Shown piece by piece: positions 20,936-30,141 of a stretch of 64,000 nucleotides of DNA (position 1 is the stretch's first letter; each line of letters opens with the position of its first letter). The position numbers were made by a program, and so were the translations under genes. Origin of the DNA: an uncultured Gammaproteobacteria bacterium. GTDB lineage: Bacteria > Patescibacteriota > Patescibacteriia > UBA1558 > GWA2-36-10. The stretch is from contig CAZEWH010000004.1 in NCBI GenBank assembly GCA_964515785.1, forward strand, positions 3,105 through 67,104, given 5' to 3'. The notes below the pieces were generated by a model, which did not search any database, was not told the origin of the DNA, and was given only the letters and a program-made list of their open reading frames with translations.

Positions 20936-21433
20936 AACCCCCTAAATCCCCCTTGTCAGGGGGACTTGAGTAATATAAAATAGTATTAACTAAAGAAAAG
21001 CGATATGAAATTAAATGATGAATCTTTTTTAAAATATAGAATTAGGTTGACAAGAGAAGCTAAAATAAACAGAAAAAATCCAACAAAAGCAGAATTAGTT
21101 ATTTGGAATGAAATTCTCGGCAGAAAAAAGACGGGTTATAAGTTCATAAGACAAAAACCAATACTTAATTGCATACTTGATTTCTATTGTTCAGAACTAC
21201 TGTTAGCCATTGAAGTTGATGGCGATTCACATATTAACCAAGAAGACTATGATGATGCTAGAACTAATTCATTAAACGATTTAGGAATTAGAGTATTGAG
21301 GTATAATAATTTAGATGTTATAAAAAATATAATAGAAATCCGTAAGGATATAGAGAAAAAAATCAAAATCAGAGAAAAAAAATTATATAATAAATAAAGT
21401 TCTCCCCCTGACAAGGGGGAGGCAGAGGGGGTT
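20936..21433 (+). mobile_element. putative element: DUF559 gene flanked by palindromic inverted repeats
   Basis: Perfect 18-bp inverted repeat TCCCCCTTGTCAGGGGGA (20947-20964) / TCCCCCTGACAAGGGGGA (21403-21420), plus outer AACCCCCT / AGGGGGTT. Confidence 0.6.
21005..21397 (+). CDS. DUF559 / Vsr-like PD-(D/E)xK endonuclease-domain protein
   Basis: TKAELVIW, KFIRQKPI, LDFYC, IEVDGDSH, LGIRVLRY. Confidence 0.88.
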   Translation: MKLNDESFLKYRIRLTREAKINRKNPTKAELVIWNEILGRKKTGYKFIRQKPILNCILDFYCSELLLAIEVDGDSHINQEDYDDARTNSLNDLGIRVLRYNNLDVIKNIIEIRKDIEKKIKIREKKLYNK

Positions 21434-21441
21434 AAAAAATT

Positions 21442-22014
21442 ATGCTAATACCTACTGTAATAGAAAAAACTCAACAAGGTGAAAGAGCTTATGATATCTA
21501 CTCTCGCCTCTTGAAAGATAGGATTATTTTTCTAGGAGATGCTATAGATGATCGTATAGCCAATCTTGTGATTGCTCAACTACTTTTTCTTGATGCGCAA
21601 GACAATACCAAGCCTATCAAGATGTATATAAACTGTCCTGGTGGTAGTGTCACAGATGGCTTGGCTATCTATGATACTATGCAACATGTCACTAGTCCTG
21701 TCACTACTATCTGTGTAGGACTCGCTGCTTCCATGGCGGCTACCTTGCTTGCTGGTGGTGCAGAAGGCCAAAGATTTGCTCTACCAAATTCCGAAATCTT
21801 GATCCACCAGATTATGGGTGGCGCCACTGGACAAGCCAGTGACATCAAGATCAAAGCAGAACAAATCTTAAAACTCAAAGAACGCCTAAACAAAATCTTA
21901 CAAAAACACACCTCACAACCGATCAAAAAAATAGCTAAAGATGCTGATCGAGATTATTATATGACAGCGACTGAAGCGCTCGATTATGGCTTGATTGATA
22001 AAATTATAAAATAA
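21442..22014 (+). CDS. clpP: ATP-dependent Clp protease proteolytic subunit
   Basis: [29 protein letters not shown]. Confidence 0.97.
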   Translation: MLIPTVIEKTQQGERAYDIYSRLLKDRIIFLGDAIDDRIANLVIAQLLFLDAQDNTKPIKMYINCPGGSVTDGLAIYDTMQHVTSPVTTICVGLAASMAATLLAGGAEGQRFALPNSEILIHQIMGGATGQASDIKIKAEQILKLKERLNKILQKHTSQPIKKIAKDADRDYYMTATEALDYGLIDKIIK

Positions 22015-22051
22015 ACTTTTCAATTTTTAAAAAATATGTTAATATATTTTC

Positions 22052-22176
22052 GAGACAGGTGGAGAGGGGTTCTTTAATCCCGTTTGATAAAGCTTGTCAG
22101 GGGGCCATCAGTGTCCAGCGCCATATATGGTTGAAAGACTTTAGATGGTGTTGTACAATATACTGATGGTCTTTTT
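22052..22176 (+). ncRNA. candidate small structured RNA between clpP and rny
   Basis: GC-richer island; hairpins GGGGTT/AATCCC and TTGATAA/TTGTCAG; long stem GGCCATCAGTGT..CAGCGCCAT/ATGGTGTTG..ATACTGATGGTC ending in a T-run. Confidence 0.5.
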
Positions 22177-22454
22177 ATATAGGGGTTGATTTTTTATATC
22201 ATTTATGTTAGAATCTACTTTGAGGAATAAAAAATCCTCACCTAAATGTTTAAAAGTTAATTTACTGTTTTAGTTTTTTACTCTATTTTTGTAGAAAAAA
22301 AGACCTATTTATTCAATTTTTTGAAACTATAAATGTATTTTTTGATAGTAAAACTAATCAATTCTTCAAAACTTATTATCAAAACCTAAAAATATTTTGG
22401 GTCATTTTTGCATTCTCAAAACTACTAAAACGGTAAACAGAAAGTTTACTAAAT

Positions 22455-23969
22455 ATGAATTTTATCGGTATAATTGCCGGACTTATTGTTGGTATTTTTT
22501 TGGGTATTATTATCAAAAAAACACTAACTAGTAAAAACATCCGACAGGCAGAACAAAAGGCTGAAGGTCTTTTGGACGAAGCCAAACAAAAATACAAAGA
22601 TGCTTTGATCTTGGCTAAAGACAAAGCAATAGCTTTGATAGACGAAGCTAAAAATGAAGAAAAAGAAGGTCGTAAACGTTTACAAGAAAAAGAAAATCAC
22701 CTCACCAAGCGTGAAGGTCTTTTTGATAGAAAAATTATAGAATTTGAAGACAGTAAAAATAAATTGGATAACACTCGTAAACAACTTGAGTCCAATAAAA
22801 CTGAAATTAAAAAAATCAAAGAAAGTCAATTACAAAAATTAGAAAAAATTGCTGCTTTGACTCAAGAAGAAGCTAAAGAGGTCTTGGTAAACAATATGGA
22901 AAGTCGTATGAAAGATGAACTATTACATCGTATGCGTAAATTGGAAAACCAGGCTACTGATGAGCTAGAGTCTAAAGCCAAAAAAATACTAACTACTGTA
23001 ATAGAACGTTGTGCTGCTCCACATACCGTAGAAACAACTACTACAGCTGTATCACTACCAAATGAAGAAATGAAAGGTAGAATTATTGGCCGTGAGGGTC
23101 GTAATATAAAAACTATAGAACAATTAACTGGTGTTGAAGTTATTATAGACGATACACCAGAGTCTATTTTAATTTCTGCTTTCAATCCTATCCGCAGACA
23201 ACTGGCCAAACGAGCTATAGAAAAACTAATGGTCGATGGTCGTATCCATCCTGGTCGTATCGAAGAAACAATCCAACAATCCAAAAAAGAATTGGCTATA
23301 GATATCAAAAAAGCTGGTGAAGAAGCAGCCTATCAAGCTGGCATCGTTGGCTTGGACACCAAGCTAGTCCAGATCTTGGGTCGCTTGAAATATCGTACTT
23401 CTTATGGCCAAAATCAATTGCAGCATGCTCTAGAAGTGTCACATCTATCAGGTGTCCTCGCTTCTGAACTAGGTGCTGATATCAATGTCTGTAAAAAAGG
23501 TGGTTTACTCCATGATATTGGTAAAGCTCTAGATCATGAAATCCAAGGTTCTCATCCTGAGATTGGTTATGATTTGTTGAAAAAATTTGGTCTATCAGAA
23601 GAAGTAGCTTATATGTCTACAGCTCATCATGAAGATCAACCAAAAACTATCGAGGGTGTAATTGTCAAAATTGCTGATGCTATTTCTGGCTCTCGCCCTG
23701 GTGCTCGTCGTGATTCTCTAGAAGAGTATATCCAACGTTTGACTGAGCTAGAAGACACAGCAAAATCTTTTGCTGGTGTCGAAAAAGTCTATGCTATCCA
23801 AGCTGGTCGCGAAATTAGAGTCTTTATTTCACCTGATGAATTAGATGATTTTGCTGCTAATAAACTAGCTCGCGATATTGCCAATAAGATTGAATCTGAG
23901 TTAAAATACCCAGGTGAGATCAGAGTAACGGTGATAAGAGAAAAAAGAATCACAGAATATGCCAGATAA
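22455..23969 (+). CDS. rny: ribonuclease Y
   Basis: TM, coiled coil, KH (KGRIIGREGRNI), HD (LHDIGK). Confidence 0.97.
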   Translation: MNFIGIIAGLIVGIFLGIIIKKTLTSKNIRQAEQKAEGLLDEAKQKYKDALILAKDKAIALIDEAKNEEKEGRKRLQEKENHLTKREGLFDRKIIEFEDSKNKLDNTRKQLESNKTEIKKIKESQLQKLEKIAALTQEEAKEVLVNNMESRMKDELLHRMRKLENQATDELESKAKKILTTVIERCAAPHTVETTTTAVSLPNEEMKGRIIGREGRNIKTIEQLTGVEVIIDDTPESILISAFNPIRRQLAKRAIEKLMVDGRIHPGRIEETIQQSKKELAIDIKKAGEEAAYQAGIVGLDTKLVQILGRLKYRTSYGQNQLQHALEVSHLSGVLASELGADINVCKKGGLLHDIGKALDHEIQGSHPEIGYDLLKKFGLSEEVAYMSTAHHEDQPKTIEGVIVKIADAISGSRPGARRDSLEEYIQRLTELEDTAKSFAGVEKVYAIQAGREIRVFISPDELDDFAANKLARDIANKIESELKYPGEIRVTVIREKRITEYAR

Positions 23970-24756
23970 AACTAAAATATTATTTTTTGGTGATGTAGTA
24001 GGTGCTTTGGGTCGCAAGGCTGTCAAAGACATAATTCCTCAATGGCAACAAAAATATAAACCAGACTTGATAATTGCCAATGTAGAAAATTTAGCTCACG
24101 GCAAAGGCCTAACTACCAAAACTCTCAATGAACTAAAAAATGCTGGGGTTCAAGTTTTTACTGGTGGTAATCATCTATGGGCTAAATATGACCCTCAAGA
24201 TGTCATAAAAGAAGGAGATTTTGATATTGCTGCTCCAGCCAATGACTCCCGCACACCTCAAAGTATGCGTTATCAAATTATTGAAATTAATAATCAAAAA
24301 ATTGTTATTATAAATTTGACTGGTCGTACTTTTATAGAAGATGATAACCTGAGTAATCCTTTTCACCAAATAGACAGACTATTGGATGAATTACCTAAAG
24401 ACTCTATCAAAATAGTAGACATGCATGCTGAAGCAACTAGTGAAAAAAAAGCCATGGGATATTATCTAGATGGCAAAGTAAGTACTATGCTTGGTACTCA
24501 TACTCATGTCCCAACTGCAGACGCTGAAATTTTACCAACTGGCACTGGCTATATTACTGATGTTGGTATGGTCGGACCATATCCATCTGTCTTAGGCATC
24601 AAGAGTGAGATTATTATTGATAAATTCTTAAAAGAAGAACACATCAAGCATGAATTACCAGACTCTGGTCAAATCGAAGTAAATGCAGTATTATTAGAAA
24701 TAGATAATACTAATCATAAAACAAACAAAATAAAACCACTAAGAAAAATTTTATGA
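23959..24756 (+). CDS. ymdB: YmdB/TIGR00282 metallophosphoesterase
   Basis: FGDVVG, GNH, DMHAEATSEK, GTHTHVPTAD; follows rny. Confidence 0.92.
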   Translation: MPDKTKILFFGDVVGALGRKAVKDIIPQWQQKYKPDLIIANVENLAHGKGLTTKTLNELKNAGVQVFTGGNHLWAKYDPQDVIKEGDFDIAAPANDSRTPQSMRYQIIEINNQKIVIINLTGRTFIEDDNLSNPFHQIDRLLDELPKDSIKIVDMHAEATSEKKAMGYYLDGKVSTMLGTHTHVPTADAEILPTGTGYITDVGMVGPYPSVLGIKSEIIIDKFLKEEHIKHELPDSGQIEVNAVLLEIDNTNHKTNKIKPLRKIL

Positions 24757-25040
24757 ACAAAGCCCAACTAATTGAGGCTATTGCTATCAAAGCTGGTGTC
24801 AGCAAAAAAGAGGCTGAAGACATCTTGCAAGCTTTTGTTAATTTTACAATCGAAACTTTGCAGGGTGGCGGTGAAGTTACTTTGACTGGCTTCGGTACTT
24901 TCTCAGCTCGTACTCGCAATGCTCGTATGGGTGTCAACCCACAAAAGCCAAGCGAAAAGATCCAGATTCCTACTGTGATTGTACCAAAATTTAAAGCTGG
25001 CAAGACTCTCAAAGATGCACTCAAGAAAAAAACAAACTAA
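24753..25040 (+). CDS. hup: HU family DNA-binding protein
   Basis: MNKAQLIEAIA...GFGTF...GVNPQ...PKFKAGKTLK. Confidence 0.95.
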   Translation: MNKAQLIEAIAIKAGVSKKEAEDILQAFVNFTIETLQGGGEVTLTGFGTFSARTRNARMGVNPQKPSEKIQIPTVIVPKFKAGKTLKDALKKKTN

Positions 25041-25101
25041 ACAAAAATACTAAAATTCCAAAAATAGAATTTCAGTATTTTGTTGTCTAAAAAAAATTAT
25101 T

Positions 25102-25872
25102 TTATTTCTTCAATAATACCAAACCTTGTTTAGGGCCAGTTGTACTGGCCTCTTTTGTATCCCAATCAGCAATTGAGGCCATCATATTTTCATAAGTATA
25201 GATAAAATCAGCTCCTCGCCAAGTACCAGGATCGTTGGTAATAAAATTACCATCTATATATCCTTTGATAACTAACATATGATAGTCTGGTCCATCGTTG
25301 GTAAAATATGGTTGATCCAAAATATGACCGTCAGCTGGAATAATAATCGGCAATCCTCTATCAAGATAACTTTCAATTTTGTCAGTATCTAGATCTTCTA
25401 CAATTTCAATTTCATAGTCATAATAAATATCAGCAAATTCTGCTACCTTGTCTACTGATAGATTGAAATGTCCATCCCAATTGTCTTCTTGCCAGCCAAT
25501 CATATCTAACAAAATATCTTCTATCTGTAATGGTGGCGGTAAATCTTTATTTTGATAATAATAATCAATCATAAGCAAACTAGCCTCTTCACAAGCATCC
25601 TGGAAAGGTTGATCCCAGTTGTATGATGGAGCCTGGGAAGTAAAAGGAATAGCTAGATTAACATTAGCTGGTTCCGGTTCTGGTTCTATTATTTCATCTA
25701 TCTTTTCTTCTTCTATCTCAACAACATCTTCTGTATTATTTTCTTCTACTATAAATTCCTCAAAAGCTTGAGGTGGTGGTAGATCTACTTTTATAATCTG
25801 AGGTTTATTTCTAAAATAAATAGCTGCCACAAAAGCTAGCATAATAATAAATAATAAAATTAATTTTTTCAT
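25102..25872 (-). CDS. C39-like peptidase
   Basis: PFTSQAP...DACEEAS, YHMLVIKGY, TNDPG. Confidence 0.8.
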   Translation of the reverse strand: MKKLILLFIIMLAFVAAIYFRNKPQIIKVDLPPPQAFEEFIVEENNTEDVVEIEEEKIDEIIEPEPEPANVNLAIPFTSQAPSYNWDQPFQDACEEASLLMIDYYYQNKDLPPPLQIEDILLDMIGWQEDNWDGHFNLSVDKVAEFADIYYDYEIEIVEDLDTDKIESYLDRGLPIIIPADGHILDQPYFTNDGPDYHMLVIKGYIDGNFITNDPGTWRGADFIYTYENMMASIADWDTKEASTTGPKQGLVLLKK

Positions 25873-25875
25873 AAA

Positions 25876-27519
25876 TTATTGATTATAATTAATATAATAA
25901 ATTTTGAAAACTACATCATCTTTATAATCTCTGATTTCTTTGATTGCTTTGATATTACTGGCCTCTAAATCATTTTTAAAAATCTCTATCTGTCTATTGT
26001 AGTCTTCACTCTGCCCTGACCTATTACCAGCTTCTGTAGTGTATACAAAATATATATCTTTATTGCTCGTGTCAATTTGATCAACATATTTGATAGACAT
26101 AAGCGGTAAATCATAATAAATCATATATCTATCAATATACCACATCTGAGAAAACCAATCAGCTCGCTCATCAAATAATATTACCCAATCAGTATTTATT
26201 TCTATCTTAGTCATATTATCAAGATTTTTTGGATTTATCCTATTTGGTAAGTCACCAATTATTTCAGTTTGCAGATAATTATCTAATTCTTCAAAACCTC
26301 TGTCATAAAATCGGTAGCCAGAATATGTCATAAATCTTTGTCCTTGAGGATTTTTGAAAATATTGGTATTTAAAGCATAAAAAAGTTCTCCCAAAAAAAT
26401 AATAACTAATAAACTAACAAGTAGTTTACTAGCTTTCTTAAAGCTAGCCAAGACGTTAATAATAAACAAGCCCGTTATGATACTAAAAAATGGAATTATA
26501 ATAGACAATAAACGCGGTGGAGCTCCTGATGCGGCAAACATTATAAAAATCACAACAATATTTAAGCCAACAAAATTTAATAGAATATTTTTTTGCCTCT
26601 TAATAAGATTTAATAACATATAAATAAAAGACAAAATATACAATATAAACAAAAATATAGATGTTGATTTATAAAGTACTATAAAAATAGAGCCAATATT
26701 TTGTAAAAAATTGGTATTAGCTGATCTATTGGCTAAAGCAGCAAAATCTTGAGTTTGTATACCCAACATTGATGATAAAGCTGCGTCAAAATGCCCGCGA
26801 GTCTTATACATCATAATATTATAAATAATAACTGGAGACAAAACTATCAACATCATAATAATAGACAAATAAAAATGCTTATTTTTAAAAATATCGGGCC
26901 GATAAATTAAAATATAAAAAATAACAGCTGGTAATAAAAATAAAGCCGTATATTTTGACAACAAAGCCAAGGCTAAGGCAAGTGCCCAATAATATAAATA
27001 TCTATTTTTATTTGTTTTGAGAAAAAATAAAAATAAACCACAGCTCAAGATAATAAATAAAATAGATATACCTTCTAGATAAGCAGTTCGACTGGCCCAA
27101 ATTGCATAAGAAGTAATACTAAATAAACCAGCTATCAATAAAGCTTGATGACTAGTTACAAATTTTTTGCTTAACCAATAAAGTAAATAAACAGATAAAC
27201 TACCAGCTAATATAAAAGGTAATAAGGCTGCTAAACTAGCAGCACCAAATAAATTTAAAAAAATAAACTGAATAGCTTGCACTAAAGGCGGGATATCATG
27301 AAAAGATAAATGTCCCCACCATGGTACAGATCCAAACCAAACAATCGGTGTGGTCTGATCTGGATTGAGTAAAAAATCAAACCAACCAAAAGCCCGCAGA
27401 GTGTTTAAGGCAGCATCATTTTGGATATCACTACCCGGTATATTATATAAGCGTAATAAAATTGCTATTACTAAAATAGCAATTAAAATAATATTATATT
27501 TATTTTGCCACCATTTCAT
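25876..27519 (-). CDS. ArnT/PMT-like GT-C membrane glycosyltransferase
   Basis: Multi-TM protein with DIPPL, SRTAYLE and LSKYTA. Confidence 0.8.
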   Translation of the reverse strand: MKWWQNKYNIILIAILVIAILLRLYNIPGSDIQNDAALNTLRAFGWFDFLLNPDQTTPIVWFGSVPWWGHLSFHDIPPLVQAIQFIFLNLFGAASLAALLPFILAGSLSVYLLYWLSKKFVTSHQALLIAGLFSITSYAIWASRTAYLEGISILFIILSCGLFLFFLKTNKNRYLYYWALALALALLSKYTALFLLPAVIFYILIYRPDIFKNKHFYLSIIMMLIVLSPVIIYNIMMYKTRGHFDAALSSMLGIQTQDFAALANRSANTNFLQNIGSIFIVLYKSTSIFLFILYILSFIYMLLNLIKRQKNILLNFVGLNIVVIFIMFAASGAPPRLLSIIIPFFSIITGLFIINVLASFKKASKLLVSLLVIIFLGELFYALNTNIFKNPQGQRFMTYSGYRFYDRGFEELDNYLQTEIIGDLPNRINPKNLDNMTKIEINTDWVILFDERADWFSQMWYIDRYMIYYDLPLMSIKYVDQIDTSNKDIYFVYTTEAGNRSGQSEDYNRQIEIFKNDLEASNIKAIKEIRDYKDDVVFKIYYINYNQ

Positions 27520-27599
27520 AGAGTAAGTCTACAATAAAAAGCTATTAAACTCAAACAAAAAAAGACCAACCGAAGTTGGTCTTTATAGTGCCGCACGAC

Positions 27600-27767
27600 C
27601 TAGAAGGTCGCGATCTGACTGCTGTCAAATGAGCTAAGCATTTCATTGAAAATGATCAATAAATTGGTTAACAACTCAGTAGACAGTTGAAATACCCTCG
27701 GAGCAAACATCTTGAATAGAATCAGCAGAAAAATCATATTGAAAAATCCAACTAAAGCTCTAAACAT
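27600..27767 (-). CDS. small hydrophobic protein
   Basis: MFRALVGFFNMIFLLILFKMFAP...; terminator at 27560-27584. Confidence 0.55.
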   Translation of the reverse strand: MFRALVGFFNMIFLLILFKMFAPRVFQLSTELLTNLLIIFNEMLSSFDSSQIATF

Positions 27768-27782
27768 ATAGTTATTGATAAA

Positions 27783-27924
27783 CTTCAAGGCCTGAGAAAA
27801 TATACTGGATGGTGACTATTCATCCTCAGACACTTGAAGCGTCTCAATATTCCCTACAGGTAGCTAAGTTCAAAAACCCTTTAAAATCAGTTAACTGCAG
27901 GGAATTGCTCCATTTGAAAAGAAC
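27783..27924 (-). promoter_or_regulatory. structured leader with boxA-like motif
   Basis: GTTCTTTTCAAA, then stems ATTCCCTGCAG/CTGTAGGGAAT and CTTCAAG..TCTGAG/CTCAGG.CTTGAAG. Confidence 0.5.
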
Positions 27925-28057
27925 TGTCCTATATATAATAAGACGTATGACATAGATATTTATTACACCCCGCCTTGACAATATGCTATTCTTTTGCTAA
28001 AAATACATATCAATCTTTCATTGCTGGCGTTCATTTAACCAAACAGGAGAGTGTCTT

Positions 28058-28237
28058 ATGTGGGAACAAATTCCAGAACCTGAAGATACCACTAAGGCAA
28101 GGGTATCTGTTATGTCTCATCGACTCAAGGTCCCGGGTGGCTGGATTGTGAGAACAGTAACAAACATATTCGGCAATGGCACATCGTCTTCGCAAACCTT
28201 CGTTGCAGATGCTGACCATTCCTGGGAACTTTCTTAA
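28058..28237 (+). CDS. 59-aa hypothetical protein (not in ORF track)
   Basis: MWEQIPEPED...RLKVPGGWIVR...TFVADADHSWELS*; TTGACA 27975, SD AGGAG, terminator at about 28245-28273. Confidence 0.75.
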   Translation: MWEQIPEPEDTTKARVSVMSHRLKVPGGWIVRTVTNIFGNGTSSSQTFVADADHSWELS

Positions 28238-28280
28238 ACAACATAAACCGTTGATAACAATATCAACGGTTTTCTTTTTA

Positions 28281-29789
28281 TCAAATTTCACCAAAAATTT
28301 TATTGCGATATTGTAAGGCTTCTAAAATATGTGCTTCTTTGATATCTTGACTATCCTCTAGATCAGCAATAGTCCGAGCTACTTTGAGCATTTTGAAATA
28401 ACCTCGAGCTGAGAGCTGTAGTCTATCAGTAGCAGCCAATAAAATCTTCTGAATACTATCTGTTACTTTACAATATTTTTTTATATCTTGAAGCTTAAGA
28501 TCAGTATTAAGTCTTTTTCTCTCAGCCTGCCTTTGGCGAGCTTTAATAACTTTATTTTGCATGGTAGTAGATATTTTGGTAGCTTGACTTTGATCAGATA
28601 AATATTTACTTTTGACTTTTTGAACAGACAAATGCAAATCTATACGATCTAGTAGTGGACCTGACAATCTTTTTTGATAACGCTTTATATCCATAGACGA
28701 ACAAACACAATCTCGATCATCATCAGTCAAATAACCACAAGGACAAGGATTGGCTGTAGCCAATAATATAAAATTAGCCGGAAATTCTAGACTACCTCGC
28801 ACTCGTGAGACAGTAATCACTTTATCTTCTAACGGCTGACGTAAAGCTTCTAAGACTGGTCGTTGAAATTCTAATATTTCATCTAAAAACAAAACATTGT
28901 GATGAGCTAAACTGATCTCACCAGGTTTGGGCCATGAGCCACCACCTACAATAGCCGAGACAGAAGCTGAATGATGCGGACTACGTAACATACGCTGATC
29001 AACCAGCCAATTTTCGTCTGACAAAAACCCAGCCAAACTATAAATCTTGCTGACTTCTAGAGCTTCATCAAGATTCATTGGGGGCAAGATAGATAAAAAT
29101 GCTTTAGCCAACATAGTCTTGCCGCTCCCTGGTGGTCCGACCATCAAAATATTGTGTCCACCAGTGGCAGCTATTTCCAAAACTCGTTTGGCTTGATCTT
29201 GACCCTTGATATCTGCCATATCAATAGCTGACTTTGCCTCCTGAGGTATGAATTCTGTATTTTTGACTGCTTCTATTTTTTCTAAATTATTAAAATGGCT
29301 TATTAACTGCTCAAGATTTTTTACTGGGAATATTTTTATGCCTTGGACAATACTAGCTTCTTTAATATTTTCCTGTGGTACAAATACTTGTTTGAAACCC
29401 AGCTCTTTGAGACTAGCAACCATAACCAAAACTCCAGGCACGGCTTTAAGTTCACCAGTCAAAGACAATTCTCCGACAAAAGCCATCTGATGACTATTTT
29501 CTATTTCCAAAAATCCAGCTGTCGACAAAATACTAATAGCAATTGGTAAGTCATAACTACCACCTTCTTTACGTAATTGAGCTGGAGCTAGATTGACTAC
29601 TACTTTTTGTCGTGGAAACTGGATATTGCTATTTTCGATAGCTGCCCAGACCCGCTCTCGGGATTCTTGGACCGCTGTATCTGGTAAACCAACTATAATA
29701 ATCTTGGGCAAATGCCGGGATAGGTTGGTCTCTACCTCAACTAACACCCCCTTTAGGCCTAATGGCGCAATTGTATAAATTTTGTTCAT
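28281..29789 (-). CDS. comM: YifB/ComM Mg-chelatase-like AAA+ ATPase
   Basis: VGLPDTAVQESRERV, GPPGSGKT, PGEISLAH, NPCPCG, SGPLLDRID. Confidence 0.95.
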   Translation of the reverse strand: MNKIYTIAPLGLKGVLVEVETNLSRHLPKIIIVGLPDTAVQESRERVWAAIENSNIQFPRQKVVVNLAPAQLRKEGGSYDLPIAISILSTAGFLEIENSHQMAFVGELSLTGELKAVPGVLVMVASLKELGFKQVFVPQENIKEASIVQGIKIFPVKNLEQLISHFNNLEKIEAVKNTEFIPQEAKSAIDMADIKGQDQAKRVLEIAATGGHNILMVGPPGSGKTMLAKAFLSILPPMNLDEALEVSKIYSLAGFLSDENWLVDQRMLRSPHHSASVSAIVGGGSWPKPGEISLAHHNVLFLDEILEFQRPVLEALRQPLEDKVITVSRVRGSLEFPANFILLATANPCPCGYLTDDDRDCVCSSMDIKRYQKRLSGPLLDRIDLHLSVQKVKSKYLSDQSQATKISTTMQNKVIKARQRQAERKRLNTDLKLQDIKKYCKVTDSIQKILLAATDRLQLSARGYFKMLKVARTIADLEDSQDIKEAHILEALQYRNKIFGEI

Positions 29790-29971
29790 AAAAAAATCAC
29801 TTTCCTACCAAGAAAAGCGATCTGAATAAAAATAATATTAGTCTTTTTTGGCCCTTACCCGCCAAGACAAAGGCATCAAAAAACTAACCATGCCTCTCAC
29901 CTAGCATACGCCGGGCGTCAAATCGCTTTTCTTGTTATTTGCATCTTAAACTAAGTCTATATTTTTGTCAA
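29790..29971 (-). promoter_or_regulatory. comM promoter and structured leader with alternative terminator/antiterminator
   Basis: TTGACA-17-TAAGAT; 17-bp pairing 29918-29934 / 29809-29825 competes with hairpin ATCGCTTTTCT-TGGT-AGGAAAGTGAT-TTTTT. Confidence 0.6.
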
Positions 29972-29980
29972 ATACCTCTT

Positions 29981-30067
29981 CAAATTCCTCCCCCGCCTCC
30001 CTTTGTCAAGGGAGGAGCTTAACAAATAAAAAGTCCCCCTTGATAAAGGGGGATTTAGGAGGATTTG
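29981..30067. repeat. empty copy of the DUF559-flanking inverted-repeat pair (REPIN/MITE-like)
   Basis: TCCTCCCCCGCCTCCCTTTGTCAAGGGAGGAG, short AT spacer, AAGTCCCCCTTGATAAAGGGGGATTTAGGAGGA. Confidence 0.65.
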
Positions 30068-30141
30068 AAAAACCAATTGACAAAATCTTATATATAAATT
30101 AATCTATTAAAGATTACGTACTTTGATCAAGGAGGCAGGTA

